DNA from: an uncultured Fibrobacterota bacterium
GTDB lineage: Bacteria > Fibrobacterota > Chitinivibrionia > Chitinivibrionales > FEN-1185
DNA: 64,000 nt
Direction: 5' to 3'
NCBI GenBank assembly: GCA_963753345.1
Contig: CAVWBU010000032.1
Span: forward strand, 96,001-160,000
In this document: positions 47,246-57,164 of the stretch, piece after piece
Layout of the letters: every line of letters begins with the position of its first letter
Position numbering within the stretch: position 1 is the stretch's first letter
Program-made: the position numbers and the translations under genes
The notes under the pieces: generated by a model
What the model was told of the DNA's origin: nothing
Database searches by the model: none
What the model saw: the letters and a program-made list of their open reading frames with translations, nothing else

Positions 47246-47282
47246 TACGCGAAGGGGATGGGGCGTGGAACGGTCTGCCGGC

Positions 47283-48056
47283 ATGTCGTATTTCGATTCT
47301 CACTGCCACCTCCAGGACAAGCGTCTCCTGCCCGGCATCGCCGGCGTTTGCGCGCGGGCGAAAAGCGCCGGGGTCTCCATCGTGTCTTGCTGCGGAAGCG
47401 CTGAGGGTGATTGGGAATCGGTAAAGAAGCTTTCAGGGGCACATTCATGGATAGTTCCTTCCTTCGGGCTTCATCCCTGGTATGTTGCGGACCGAAGCGC
47501 GGATTGGGAAAAAAAACTTTCGGCCTTTCTCAAGGATAATCCCGCGGCCTGTGTCGGCGAAATCGGCATCGACCACGCGCTTGACAAATCAACCTTTGCG
47601 GATCAGGAAAAAGTCTTTCTGCGGCAGCTCGCCATTGCGGCCGAATTCGCCAGGCCGGTCACCATTCACTGCGTGCGGGCATTCGGCCGCCTCATTGAAT
47701 TGCTCCGGCAGGCCGGCGGCGTTTTCCAGGGCGGCATCGTTCATTCCTACTCGGGCCCGCCCGAACTCGTGACAACGCTCGAAGGATTCGGCCTTTCGAT
47801 CTCGTTTTCCGGCTCCATAACGTTTCCCAGGAACAAGAAATCCCGCGCTTCGGTTAATGCGGTTGCACCTGACCGGCTGTGTCTCGAAACCGACAGCCCG
47901 GACATAAAGCCCAGCGAGTGGGATGGGGCGGTAAACGAACCTGCTTCGATTACGCTTGTCGCCAAGGCAGCGGCGGAACTGCGGGGAATGCAATTGAAGG
48001 AAGTCGCCGAATTGACGTTAAGGAATGCGTCCAGGATCTTCACGGGAAGAAGTTGA
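47283..48056 (+). CDS. TatD-family hydrolase
   Basis: DSHCH, GLHPW, GEIGID, IHC, HSYSG and LETDSP motifs. Confidence 0.93.
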   Translation: MSYFDSHCHLQDKRLLPGIAGVCARAKSAGVSIVSCCGSAEGDWESVKKLSGAHSWIVPSFGLHPWYVADRSADWEKKLSAFLKDNPAACVGEIGIDHALDKSTFADQEKVFLRQLAIAAEFARPVTIHCVRAFGRLIELLRQAGGVFQGGIVHSYSGPPELVTTLEGFGLSISFSGSITFPRNKKSRASVNAVAPDRLCLETDSPDIKPSEWDGAVNEPASITLVAKAAAELRGMQLKEVAELTLRNASRIFTGRS

Positions 48057-48263
48057 CAGTTGACGGTTGATAGTTGACCGGGACTGTCAATTCCCGACAT
48101 TTTCAAAGACACCCGGCGGATTTATCATCCTAGACGTTATATCTGAAATCAACCCTCACCATCAAAAACCAATGGCATGGAGAAAAGGACTGCAGTAAGG
48201 GCCGAGAAAACGTCCCGCTTGATTGCTTTCAACTGTCAACTTCCAACTCTCAACTTTCAACTA
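48052..48263. repeat. Inverted pair of heptamer arrays
   Basis: GTTGAYN x4 (48052-48079) and YCAACTN x5 (48229-48263). Confidence 0.75.
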
Positions 48264-48341
48264 TCCTAAAACACCGCGACCGCGGCAATATTATTTTTGT
48301 TACTCCTTCGTCCTAGACCCATTCCAGAAAAGGCTGTTTTA

Positions 48342-50111
48342 ATGCATCAGTTAAGAACTCACACGTGCTGCGAGCTCAGGAAAACCGACGTCGGCAGGGA
48401 AGTGGCCCTGTGCGGCTGGATCCATTCCCGACGGGACCACGGCGGCGTGCTTTTTATCGACCTCAGGGACAACTTCGGGCTCACCCAGGTGGTGGTGTAT
48501 CCTGCGGTCGCGTTTCTCGACGAGGTGTCGCGGCTCCCCAAGGAGACTGTTGTCCGTTTCGGCGGCAGGGTAGCATTCCGGTCCGAGGAAAACATCAATC
48601 CCAAACTTCCCACGGGCGAAGTTGAGGTCGTGGTGGAATCGTACGAAGTGCTCGGTTCCTGCGACCCGCTGCCGCTCAACGTGTTTCCCGAAGACGACGC
48701 ACCCGAAGACCTGCGCCTGCGGTACCGGTTCCTCGATCTTCGCAGAAGTAAACTACACCGGAACATTGTCCTGCGTTCCGACGTCATCGCGAGCATGCGG
48801 CGCCGCATGTGGGACCTGGGGTTCAAGGAGTTCCAGACGCCCATCCTCACCAGCTCCTCGCCCGAGGGCGCGCGCGACTACCTCGTGCCGTCGCGCATTC
48901 ATCCTGGCAAGTTCTATGCCCTGCCGCAGGCGCCGCAGCAGTTCAAACAGCTTCTCATGATATCCGGGTTCGACCGGTACTTCCAGATCGCGCCGTGTTT
49001 CCGCGACGAGGACGCCCGGGCCGACCGCTCGCCGGGCGAGTTCTACCAGCTCGACATGGAAATGTCCTTTGTGAATCAGGAAGATATTTTCAAGGTCGTC
49101 GAAACCCTGATCTGCGGTATTTTCACCGAGTTTTCCAAGAAGAAAATCGACGCGCCGCCGTTCGTGCGCATTCCGTACCGGGAATCGATGATAAAGTACG
49201 GCACCGACAAACCCGATCTTCGCATCCCGATTGATATGCGCGACTGCACTTCGATATTCGCGCAATCGGGGTTCAAGGTGTTCCGCGGCGCCATCGAGAC
49301 CGGCGCGGTGGTGCGGGCGATTCCGGTGAAAGGCATCGCCTCCAAGCCGAGAAACTTCTTCGACAAGCTCGTGGACCACGCCACATCCATCGGCGCAAAA
49401 GGGCTCGCGTACCTGCAGTGGCTCGACGCAGGAGTAAAGGGGCCGCTCATGAAGTTCCTGACGCCCGAAGAGCTGGGGAAAATCGAATCGCTTTGCGGGA
49501 CGGGCAAAGGCGACGTGGTTTTTTTCGTTTGCGATACGCCGCAGACCACCAACAAACTGTGCAGTGAACTGCGCGTCAAGCTGGGGAGCGACCTCGGCAT
49601 GATCGATCCGGATGCGTTCAGGTTCTGCTGGATCGTTGATTTTCCGATGTACGAATGGGACGAAGAGAACAAGTGCGTCGCTTTTTCCCACAATCCGTTT
49701 TCCATGCCTCAGGGAGGCATGGAGGCGCTTGCCGCGAAGCAGCCGCTCGACATTCTGGCGCACCAGTACGACATCGTGTGCAACGGCATCGAGCTGTCCA
49801 GCGGCGCCATACGCAATCACCAGCCCGAGATCATGTACAAGGCATTCGAGATCGCGGGCTACAATAAGGAAACGGTCGACGAGCGGTTCGGCGCCATGAT
49901 CAGCGCCTTCAAGCTCGGCGCGCCTCCCCACGGCGGCATCGCGCCCGGCATCGACCGCATCGTGATGCTGCTTGCCGGCGAAGAGAACATCCGCGAGGTG
50001 ATCGCGTTTCCCATGAACCAGCGCGCGCAGGACCTTCTGATGAACGCGCCGGCAACCGTTTCACAGAAGCAGCTAAGGGAACTGCATGTTCGCGTTGTGG
50101 AGCATACCTGA
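48342..50111 (+). CDS. aspS: Aspartate--tRNA ligase (likely non-discriminating)
   Basis: [28 protein letters not shown] and [14 protein letters not shown] motifs. Confidence 0.97.
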   Translation: MHQLRTHTCCELRKTDVGREVALCGWIHSRRDHGGVLFIDLRDNFGLTQVVVYPAVAFLDEVSRLPKETVVRFGGRVAFRSEENINPKLPTGEVEVVVESYEVLGSCDPLPLNVFPEDDAPEDLRLRYRFLDLRRSKLHRNIVLRSDVIASMRRRMWDLGFKEFQTPILTSSSPEGARDYLVPSRIHPGKFYALPQAPQQFKQLLMISGFDRYFQIAPCFRDEDARADRSPGEFYQLDMEMSFVNQEDIFKVVETLICGIFTEFSKKKIDAPPFVRIPYRESMIKYGTDKPDLRIPIDMRDCTSIFAQSGFKVFRGAIETGAVVRAIPVKGIASKPRNFFDKLVDHATSIGAKGLAYLQWLDAGVKGPLMKFLTPEELGKIESLCGTGKGDVVFFVCDTPQTTNKLCSELRVKLGSDLGMIDPDAFRFCWIVDFPMYEWDEENKCVAFSHNPFSMPQGGMEALAAKQPLDILAHQYDIVCNGIELSSGAIRNHQPEIMYKAFEIAGYNKETVDERFGAMISAFKLGAPPHGGIAPGIDRIVMLLAGEENIREVIAFPMNQRAQDLLMNAPATVSQKQLRELHVRVVEHT

Positions 50112-50259
50112 CGGTGCTGAGGGAATGCGGCGCGGCGTTCCCCTTGCTGTCCCGGGATCCGATTCTTTCCGGCCATCCTTGACTTCGGCGGCATCGTATC
50201 ATACAATGATATGATTTGACTTTTCCCCTCACTTTCACCCTTTTTCAAATGGAGGTTCC

Positions 50260-50847
50260 ATGAAGCGTTCTCTTGCATTAACAGTCGCGGTTGCGTCACT
50301 CATCTTTGTCCTTGGTTGCGGTACGCCCACTCTCATTTACAACAAGACATTGCCGGAAATCAAAGCGCCTGCCGACAAGGCGCTGTGCGTGCTCGTGCGC
50401 CCCATGGCGTTCATGGGGGCCACGTTCATTCCAGTGTATTGCGACCAGAAATATGAGGGAGGCACCGAAGGCAACACCATGCTCACCTTCCCGGTTGATC
50501 CCGGCGAACACTACATCATCGCCGACGCCACCAACAAATCCAAAGTGAAGTACAATTTTCAGGCCGGGAAGGTGTATTTCATATGGCATACGGTTGTTTC
50601 ACTTTCCTCTGGCATAATCAAGATAAACACCAGCACGTTCGCGCCGATGGACGGCGAATCGGCCACGAAGAAGATAGAGGATGAAAAGGGCAAAATCACC
50701 TGGGTGCAGAAGAACCCCGAAGACAAGGATTCGAAGGATTTGAGTGCGAATGATTTCGAGGATGTCAAGAAGGATTACGAGAAGTGGGCCGCAGACGGCA
50801 AGAACGCGGCGGACGCCAAGAAAGAGGCGGAGTATCCCGGATATTGA
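50260..50847 (+). CDS. Hypothetical lipoprotein (DUF2846-like)
   Basis: Lipobox VLGC; VDPGEH…AGKVYFI pattern. Confidence 0.7.
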   Translation: MKRSLALTVAVASLIFVLGCGTPTLIYNKTLPEIKAPADKALCVLVRPMAFMGATFIPVYCDQKYEGGTEGNTMLTFPVDPGEHYIIADATNKSKVKYNFQAGKVYFIWHTVVSLSSGIIKINTSTFAPMDGESATKKIEDEKGKITWVQKNPEDKDSKDLSANDFEDVKKDYEKWAADGKNAADAKKEAEYPGY

Positions 50848-51033
50848 TGTTTCGAAAACTTCAAGAGGTACATGCACGGTCGCCAGACCGTGCATTTTTT
50901 TTCCCGTGCGGCGCAAACTTCGTTCACCCGCAGCAGCCGCTTTTTTCTTCGCCCGCGAGCCATGTGCCGTCCCCAACTACTATTTTATGGTGCCGGCCGG
51001 CAGGAGCCGGCTCACTTAACGCATAAGGCAACC

Positions 51034-51768
51034 ATGTTTTCACAGCGGATAGCGCTTGTCACCGGCGGTTCGCGCGGCATCGGCAGGGCCGTAGTGACGG
51101 AATTCCGGTCGAAGAACGCGACTGTGTACTTCACCTACCACCGCCACGAACAGGCCGCCGAAGAAACGACTTCGCAGACCGGCGCGCACAAGATTCTTTG
51201 CCCGCAGGAAGACGGTGTTGCCATCGAAAAAGCCGTGGACGATATCGTGAAGCGCGAGGGCCGCATCGACATTCTCATCAACAACGCGGGAATCACATCG
51301 GACCAGTACCTGATGATGATGCCTTCCGACGAATGGGACAAAGTCATCGACACCAACCTCAACGGCGCGTTCCGGTTTGCAAAGGCGGTCGCGCGTCCCA
51401 TGATGGCGGCGAAGAAGGGCGTCATCGTGAATGTCGCCTCGGTTTCGGGGCTGGTGGGCATCGGCGGGCAGACCAACTACGCGGCCTCAAAGGGCGCCCT
51501 TATCGCCTTCACCCGTTCGCTTGCCGCCGAGCTTGGGCCGCGCGGCATCCGCGTGAACGCGGTGGTGCCCGGATTTGTGGAGACCGACATGACCGCCAGG
51601 ATGCCGCGCCAGGTGAAGCAGCAGAACCTCGAACGGATCCTTGTCAAACGTTTCGGGACGCCAGGGGAAATCGCGGCCGCGGTCGCGTTTCTTTCGTCCG
51701 ACGATTCGTCCTACATCATCGGTCAGGCGCTTGTCGTCGACGGCGGCCTCACCTCAACCGTGGCGTGA
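51034..51768 (+). CDS. fabG: 3-oxoacyl-ACP reductase family SDR
   Basis: TGGSRGIG, NNAG, YAASK and PGFVETDM motifs. Confidence 0.88.
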   Translation: MFSQRIALVTGGSRGIGRAVVTEFRSKNATVYFTYHRHEQAAEETTSQTGAHKILCPQEDGVAIEKAVDDIVKREGRIDILINNAGITSDQYLMMMPSDEWDKVIDTNLNGAFRFAKAVARPMMAAKKGVIVNVASVSGLVGIGGQTNYAASKGALIAFTRSLAAELGPRGIRVNAVVPGFVETDMTARMPRQVKQQNLERILVKRFGTPGEIAAAVAFLSSDDSSYIIGQALVVDGGLTSTVA

Positions 51769-51775
51769 CCGTTTC

Positions 51776-52717
51776 ATGATCGTCTTTCTTTTTCCCGGAC
51801 AGGGATCTCAGGAAATCGGCATGGGGAGCGACCTTTTCAAAGGCGACTCCCATTTCCGCTCGCTCGTGACGCTCGGCAGCGACCTCACCCGCGAGGACCT
51901 CGAAAAGCTGTGCCTGCGCGGGCCGGAAAAACGGCTGCGGCGGGCGCAGTTCCTCCAGCCGCTCCTGACCGCGGTGTCCCTCGGTTACCTCCGGCACGTG
52001 CGCGAGCGGGGAATAACTCCCCATGCCGTGCTCGGCCATTCGCTGGGCGAAATAACGTCGCTTGCCGCAAGCGGCGTCATATCGGACGAGGAAGCGGTTG
52101 TGATGGCGGCAAAACGGGGCGAATTCATGGACGAGGCCGCGGCCCGCTGCAACGGCGGCATGATGGCCGTGCTGTTCACTCCTCTTGACAAAGTGAATGA
52201 GATTCTCTCGGCAATGGACAGGCCCCGCGACATCGTGCTTGCAAACGACAACGCGCCGGATCAGATCGTGGTGTCGGGAGATATGGGGGCGCTGGAGGAG
52301 TTTTCGCGGCTGCTTCATGCCGCGGGCGTCGGCAAGACCAAGTCGATCCTTGTCGCAGGGCCGTGGCACAGCCCGTTCATGGAAAGCGCGAGGGAGGAAT
52401 TCGGCAGGTGGGTCGCGCCCGTTTCCTTCAAGGCGCCCCGTGAGCCGCTCATGCTCAATGCGGCGGGCGCGTTTGTGACCGATCCGGTGGTCATCAAGGA
52501 CCTGGTCACGCGCCAGCTCGTGAGTCCCGTGTTCTGGCGCGCGTGCATGGAGTCGCTCCGTGTGATGAAAGCGGATGTCTTCCTTGAGATCGGCCCCCAG
52601 CGGGTGCTGTCGGGCCTTGTGCGGGTGAACGGATATCCGAAAACCACCAGAGTCTATAATGTCAACAACCTTACCGGCCTCAACCGCGCGGCGCACGACC
52701 TTGCCTTGGCGTCCTGA
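51776..52717 (+). CDS. fabD: Malonyl-CoA:ACP transacylase
   Basis: FPGQGSQ, GHSLGE, HSPFM and EIGP motifs. Confidence 0.9.
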   Translation: MIVFLFPGQGSQEIGMGSDLFKGDSHFRSLVTLGSDLTREDLEKLCLRGPEKRLRRAQFLQPLLTAVSLGYLRHVRERGITPHAVLGHSLGEITSLAASGVISDEEAVVMAAKRGEFMDEAAARCNGGMMAVLFTPLDKVNEILSAMDRPRDIVLANDNAPDQIVVSGDMGALEEFSRLLHAAGVGKTKSILVAGPWHSPFMESAREEFGRWVAPVSFKAPREPLMLNAAGAFVTDPVVIKDLVTRQLVSPVFWRACMESLRVMKADVFLEIGPQRVLSGLVRVNGYPKTTRVYNVNNLTGLNRAAHDLALAS

Positions 52718-52731
52718 CGGCGCGGGAACCT

Positions 52732-53097
52732 ATGTCTTCCAAAAAGGACCTCATCCGCGAGTACAAGCAGCGCATTGCTCCGATGGGAGTGTTCCGCGTG
52801 ACCAATTCCGCGAACGGAAAAATCCTCGTCGGCAGTTCAAAAAGCCTCGACACCAAATTCAACAGCATCCTCTTCCAGCTTAGAATCGGCAGGTTCCCCA
52901 ATCCCGCGCTCCAGGCCGACTTCGAAACGTGCGGGGAAGCGGCTTTTTCATACGAGATTGTCGATACGCTTGAACCAAAAGACGATCTTCTTTACAACTA
53001 CGATGATGACCTGAAAACACTTGAGGAACTATGGCTTGATAAGTTGAGGCCGTATGATGAAAAAGGATACAATAGTGAGAAGCTGCGGAAGTTGTAG
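52732..53097 (+). CDS. GIY-YIG-superfamily small protein
   Basis: MGVFRVTN…GKILVGS and NPALQAD pattern. Confidence 0.75.
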   Translation: MSSKKDLIREYKQRIAPMGVFRVTNSANGKILVGSSKSLDTKFNSILFQLRIGRFPNPALQADFETCGEAAFSYEIVDTLEPKDDLLYNYDDDLKTLEELWLDKLRPYDEKGYNSEKLRKL

Positions 53098-53178
53098 ATT
53101 GATGATTGTGAATTGAAAAACAGCTTAACCGTTTTCTTAGGTTTTTAAATCTACAATCTAAATTCTACATTCTACAAT
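53092..53178. repeat. Inverted pair of AT-rich heptamer arrays between convergent genes
   Basis: ttgtaga ttgatga ttgtgaa ttgaaaa … aatctac aatctaa attctac attctac. Confidence 0.6.
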
Positions 53179-54263
53179 TAAGTGACCGGCGGCGGAAAAT
53201 ACCTGTCGAGCCGCGAAAAAATAAATTTGTCTCCCGCCAGCACGATCTGCTTGCCCATCAGCGCGTCGCGCACGTTGATCTGCCGCATGAACACCCTGGC
53301 CCATACGTCCGCATTGACCGTGACCGTGAGGTCCGGCGAAGGAACTTTCCCTTCCGTAAATGTGCAGGTGCCATGGTCCACGGCAAGGGTAACCGCATAG
53401 TTCTTGTCCGGGAATTCAAACTGGAGCACCGTCTTCAGGCGGGCGGTTGCCAGCGGGTCGACGCTCCTTGCCATCTCCTGCATCAGGATGCGCACGTCCG
53501 ACATCACGTTTTTGCTCAGAAGGTCCAGGTTGTTTGATTGTTCCCCCATGGCAAGCGCATGTTCCCAGTAGATGTTCGAGTACTTGCTGAAATAGGAAAG
53601 GTCGGGCGACAGCGGCGCAGACGCCTTTTGCTGCGTCTCGGACGAGATCGCGCCTGCCGAAGCGAGTTCGTACCCTGCCTTGATAAAGGCGGCCTCAATC
53701 GACTTGACCGTGAGCGGCTTGGCAAGCGTGAATTGCAGCAGGTACGATTCGGGCCTCGTAAGCTCGCCGCAAAGCTCCATGGACATGGCGTTGGCATACA
53801 GGGAGAACATGCTCCTCACTGCGGAGAAATTCTCGTCTCCCTTGAAAGCCCCCACCACGATCGCGGCGATCTTCTTGGGCCATTTTTCGGGGAAGCGGAG
53901 CGCATTGCGCACCGTGCCCAATGGCGACTGCTCGAATTTCGATTGCGTGAGAGGCAGGGTGCGGTCGAGCACGTTTTTGAGGTGGCTGCTCACGGTGAAC
54001 GCGTTGAGCGGCGTGGCGCAGACGACCATCTCCGCGTCGAGGATGTCCTTAAGGATCATTGCCATGTCGTCGCGGATCACGCAGGTCCCCGGCGAGGTGA
54101 CCCAGCAGCCGTAGCAGCCGAGGCACTGCTTTATGTCAAGCGACGGCAGGTCGCGGTCGACCAGGTCTGCGCCTCCCTCGATCGCGCCCTTGACAAAGAG
54201 GTCGGTAAGGCGCCGGGTGAAACCGTTTTTTCTCGGATACGCGCGCAACAGGAGCATTTTCAT
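53178..54263 (-). CDS. Iron-sulfur flavoprotein (flavodoxin-fold) fused to an SCP2 lipid-binding domain
   Basis: CLGCYGCW…GTC motif, ATP(L)N and DRT; C-terminal LQFEF…PDLTV…ALMGKQIVLAGD SCP2 pattern. Confidence 0.85.
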   Translation of the reverse strand: MKMLLLRAYPRKNGFTRRLTDLFVKGAIEGGADLVDRDLPSLDIKQCLGCYGCWVTSPGTCVIRDDMAMILKDILDAEMVVCATPLNAFTVSSHLKNVLDRTLPLTQSKFEQSPLGTVRNALRFPEKWPKKIAAIVVGAFKGDENFSAVRSMFSLYANAMSMELCGELTRPESYLLQFTLAKPLTVKSIEAAFIKAGYELASAGAISSETQQKASAPLSPDLSYFSKYSNIYWEHALAMGEQSNNLDLLSKNVMSDVRILMQEMARSVDPLATARLKTVLQFEFPDKNYAVTLAVDHGTCTFTEGKVPSPDLTVTVNADVWARVFMRQINVRDALMGKQIVLAGDKFIFSRLDRYFPPPVT

Positions 54264-54727
54264 GGCGTGCGGTCCATCATTGCAAGCGCCATGGTCCCCC
54301 TGGCCACCGTCTTTCTGCCCACCAACGCCTCAACAGAATAGCTGAACAGGCTGCCGAAACTGGTTTCGCACGTGGACCGGAGCACGAGCGTTTCGCCTGG
54401 AAACGCGGGGCTGACGAATTTCATGCTTGCCGAAGCCAGGAAAAAGATGCGAGGCTCTTTTTCCGGAGCGTCACCCTTCACCTTCCTGGAGAGACCCCAC
54501 AAAAGCCCGCTGGTCTGGGCGAGCGCGTCCGTCACCAGGACGCCGGGCATCACCGGTTTTCCGGGAAAATGGCCGGCGAAGAACGGCTCGTCGCTCCGTA
54601 TGGCGCGCTCGGTCACGATCTCCCGGTCGGGCACGAGCTTTATCACCCGGTCCACAAAAAGGAAGGGCGGGCGATGGGGAAGGATCGCAAGGATGTCTTC
54701 CATGGTGAAATTCGTAGCGCCGGTCAT
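54260..54727 (-). CDS. fabZ: FabA/FabZ-family 3-hydroxyacyl-ACP dehydratase
   Basis: LPHRPPFLFVDRV and FFAGHFPGKPVMPGVL motifs. Confidence 0.88.
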   Translation of the reverse strand: MTGATNFTMEDILAILPHRPPFLFVDRVIKLVPDREIVTERAIRSDEPFFAGHFPGKPVMPGVLVTDALAQTSGLLWGLSRKVKGDAPEKEPRIFFLASASMKFVSPAFPGETLVLRSTCETSFGSLFSYSVEALVGRKTVARGTMALAMMDRTP

Positions 54728-55545
54728 CGTTCGTCACCGTCCCTGCTGCTGGTTTCCCAGCATGTTCCTTTGTCAAGCTCCTCAAGCTGCTCCGACATCA
54801 GATCGCGCACCCGCCGCGCAAAGTCGGGCGCCGTCTCGGCCGCCTTGCTGCGGCAGGCTTCAAGAAGACGGATCACGTACCTGAATCGATACGGGGGGAA
54901 AATACTCCCTTTGCGGCGCGCCATGAGCGGAAGATCGGAATGGATGACCGCCGGCACAACGGGTGCGCCGGAATCCACGGCTATTTTGAACGGGAAGGTC
55001 CCGAACGGAAGGAGTTTTCCGGTCTTTGCGCGCGTGCCCTCGGGGAACACAAGGAGGTTCTTGCCCGAAGCAAGTATCGCCCTGCATTTTTCCATGGCCG
55101 CGGCAAGCGACGAAAGCGAATCCGGGTCGATGCTCACAAAGTCGAGGTGCTTTACAAATGTTGAAAACAGCGGGACCCCGGCGTAGTTCGACTTGATGAC
55201 CACGCCGCTTTGCGGGAGCATGGAGAGCATGATGAGCGCATCAAGCCTGCTCCGGTGGTTTGCCACCACCACCGACCCGCGCACCGCGCGTGCGCGTCCG
55301 CCCGGCTGTTCCGTAAACGAATACACGCCCAGGCCGGGCAGCCAGATTCTCACGAGAACAAACGCATACGCCTTGAGTACCGAATACATGATCCGCTGCA
55401 TGAGGCGGGGCCAGGGCGCAAGGATCATGAGAAAAGGAATGCCGACAAGGAAAAACATCACCGCGGACAGGAAATACCCGAGATAGCCGATGATGCCGAG
55501 AAAGATTTTGAGAGGGTACCAGGGGGTGATGGGAATATCCTGCAT
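54724..55545 (-). CDS. Lysophospholipid acyltransferase (PlsC family)
   Basis: ANHRSRLD, VFPEGTR and PVVP motifs. Confidence 0.9.
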   Translation of the reverse strand: MQDIPITPWYPLKIFLGIIGYLGYFLSAVMFFLVGIPFLMILAPWPRLMQRIMYSVLKAYAFVLVRIWLPGLGVYSFTEQPGGRARAVRGSVVVANHRSRLDALIMLSMLPQSGVVIKSNYAGVPLFSTFVKHLDFVSIDPDSLSSLAAAMEKCRAILASGKNLLVFPEGTRAKTGKLLPFGTFPFKIAVDSGAPVVPAVIHSDLPLMARRKGSIFPPYRFRYVIRLLEACRSKAAETAPDFARRVRDLMSEQLEELDKGTCWETSSRDGDER

Positions 55546-55571
55546 AATTACGTCGGGTCTGCAAGCAGCGG

Positions 55572-56117
55572 CTAAAACGGCGTCTTGATCTCACTCAGAA
55601 ACGGAAGTTTCGTGTCCTTGTCCGAAACAACGGGATGTTCCACCGGCCAAGCGACGCCGATGGCGGGATCGTTCCACCTGATGCCCGCGTCGTGGGCCGG
55701 TGAGTAGTATGCGTCAACTTTGTACAGAAACTCCGTGTCCGCCGACAGGGTGCAGTATCCGTGCGCGAATCCCCGGGGGATATAGAGCATCCGTTTATCC
55801 TTCTCGCCCAGCGTGAACCCCAGCCACCTGCCGAAGGTTTTCGATTTTTTCCGCAGGTCCACCACCGCGTCGAAGACTTCGCCGCGCACCACGCGGACGA
55901 GCTTGCTCTGATCAAACGGCGGTCTCTGGAAATGCAGGCCGCGCACCACGCCGGCCGCGAAGGACCGCGCGTGATTGTCCTGAACGAAATTCGAGGCGAG
56001 ACCGTGCGCGTCCAGTTCCCGCGCCGCGAACGATTCCAGAAAGAAGCCGCGGCTGTCCTCGTGGACGATAGGTTCGATGAGCCACACGCCCGGCAGTCCT
56101 GTTTCGGTGAATTTCAT
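55572..56117 (-). CDS. rmlC: dTDP-4-dehydrorhamnose 3,5-epimerase
   Basis: DSRGFF, VQDN, RGLHFQ, GFAHG and WNDP motifs. Confidence 0.96.
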   Translation of the reverse strand: MKFTETGLPGVWLIEPIVHEDSRGFFLESFAARELDAHGLASNFVQDNHARSFAAGVVRGLHFQRPPFDQSKLVRVVRGEVFDAVVDLRKKSKTFGRWLGFTLGEKDKRMLYIPRGFAHGYCTLSADTEFLYKVDAYYSPAHDAGIRWNDPAIGVAWPVEHPVVSDKDTKLPFLSEIKTPF

Positions 56118-56989
56118 CAGCGTTTTCCCGATGCGAGCTGCAGAAGGTAGTCGCCATAGCTGTTCTTCTTCATGGGCTCCGCGAGGCGCGAAAGCTGCTC
56201 CGCGGTGATGTACCCGAGATGGAACGCTATTTCCTCCGGGCACGAGACCTTAAGCCCCTGGCGCGACTGTATGGTCTCAACGAACACCGAGGCCTGCAGC
56301 ATTGACTCGTGGGTGCCGGTGTCGAGCCATGCAACGCCCCTGCCGAGGAGCACCACGTCGAGCTTCCCCTCCTGTAAATAGGTCATATTGAGGTCGGTTA
56401 TTTCGAGTTCGCCGCGCGCAGACGGTGCAAGCCGCGACGCGCGCCGGGCGACCTGGCTGTCGTAAAAGTAAAGTCCGGTCACGGCATACGGAGACACGGG
56501 CCGTTTCGGCTTCTCCACCAGGCCGACGGGTTTTCCTTCGGCGTCAAGCTCGACGACGCCGTACCGTTCCGGGTCGGTCACCCAGTACCCGAAAATGGTC
56601 GCCCTGCCCCTGTCGACCGCGGCTTTGGCAAGCGTGCCCACAAGGCCGTGTCCCCAGAAGATGTTGTCGCCGAGGATGAGCGCCACCGAGTCGCTGCCGA
56701 TAAAATCCTTTCCGATGATGAACGCCTGCGCGATTCCCTCTGGTTTGGGCTGTACCGCATACGAAAGGTTGATGCCCCACTGGCCGCCGTCGCCGAGCAG
56801 GCGCCTGAACGCATCGATGTCCTGCGGCGTACTTATGACGAGGATGTCGCGTATGCCCGCGAGCATGAGAATGGAAAGCGGGTAATACACCATGGGCTTG
56901 TCGTAGATCGGCATGAGCTGCTTGCACACCGCGAGCGTCACGGGATACAGGCGCGTGCCCGAGCCGCCGGCGAGGATGATGCCTTTCAT
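56117..56989 (-). CDS. rmlA: Glucose-1-phosphate thymidylyltransferase
   Basis: [29 protein letters not shown] and WLDTGT motifs. Confidence 0.97.
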   Translation of the reverse strand: MKGIILAGGSGTRLYPVTLAVCKQLMPIYDKPMVYYPLSILMLAGIRDILVISTPQDIDAFRRLLGDGGQWGINLSYAVQPKPEGIAQAFIIGKDFIGSDSVALILGDNIFWGHGLVGTLAKAAVDRGRATIFGYWVTDPERYGVVELDAEGKPVGLVEKPKRPVSPYAVTGLYFYDSQVARRASRLAPSARGELEITDLNMTYLQEGKLDVVLLGRGVAWLDTGTHESMLQASVFVETIQSRQGLKVSCPEEIAFHLGYITAEQLSRLAEPMKKNSYGDYLLQLASGKR

Positions 56990-57108
56990 GGCGTCCTTCT
57001 TGTTGCTGGGTTGTTCCTCTGCGAAAATCGAGAGGTGAACGATTTCAGAAAATACAATCTGTCACCCGCTGAATGAAGTTCAAAAGGTCGGCGGGCTGGG
57101 AATGGAAA

Positions 57109-57135
57109 GGGCCGGAACAATGGTTGTTCCGGCCC
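57109..57135 (-). terminator. Hairpin downstream of the OMP gene
   Basis: Perfect 12-bp stem GGGCCGGAACAA-tgg-TTGTTCCGGCCC; weak T tract. Confidence 0.6.
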
Positions 57136-57164
57136 CGAGATGCTGTGCGATGCGGACTCTGAGC

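Noticed and set aside
48052-48263. CRISPR array
   Set aside because: Units are 7 nt with no unique spacers, and there are no cas genes in the window.
52732-53097. GIY-YIG protein as the mobiliser of the structured repeats
   Set aside because: It is not flanked by A/B/C modules and its motif is degenerate (GVF…LVG); there is no evidence of a link.
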